64,000 bases of DNA, from assembly GCA_000165345.1 (NCBI GenBank), contig CM000434.1, positions 1,120,001 through 1,184,000 on the forward strand, read 5' to 3'. The translations under genes were made by a program, and so were the position numbers. Position 1 is the stretch's first letter. The number at the start of each line of letters is the position of its first letter. Shown here one piece after another: positions 63,944 through 64,000 of the stretch. The notes beneath the pieces were generated by a model. That model had not been told where the DNA came from and searched no databases. It saw nothing but the letters and a program-made list of their open reading frames with translations.

Positions 63944-64000
63944 TTTCCTCCCTTATTCTCTCCACAAAAAAAGCTCCAAAGCAAACCAATATTGCTTTAT

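Overview
This window is an AT-rich (about 30% GC), gene-dense eukaryotic segment with almost no introns. It looks like an apicomplexan Cryptosporidium chromosome, and the gene content resembles the C. parvum/hominis chromosome 6 neighbourhood; that placement is recalled from memory and has not been searched. The reasons are a beta-tubulin with one 5' intron, a cathepsin-L cryptopain-like protease, a SUB1-like subtilase, a mitosomal-type Cpn60, and intergenic E2F-type GGCGGGAA/GGCGCCA boxes. About 32 protein genes and one tRNA-Ser(AGA) can be supported. No CRISPR array, mobile element or prokaryotic operon is present.

Several ORF-track 'M' starts are actually TTG or GTG. True ATG starts were re-derived for those genes.

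The ORF track breaks or misses several spliced genes. These were rebuilt by hand from canonical GTAAGT donors and AG acceptors:
- TFIIE-beta (2 exons)
- beta-tubulin (2 exons)
- a COWP-like cysteine-rich secreted protein (5 exons)
- a roadblock/LC7 light chain (2 exons, absent from the track)
- a subtilase with a missed C-terminal exon
- acylphosphatase (2 exons)
- a protein kinase (2 exons)
- a possible upstream mini-exon for the gene at 55436
- a possible 46-aa two-exon gene in a convergent intergenic region

The most notable non-coding signal is a recurrent intergenic composite cis-module. It combines GCATGCA, ACCGGTA, CACGTAAT and GTGGACAA/ATCCACATG, has at least 12 copies (several at convergent 3' ends), and sits alongside at least 25 E2F-like boxes.
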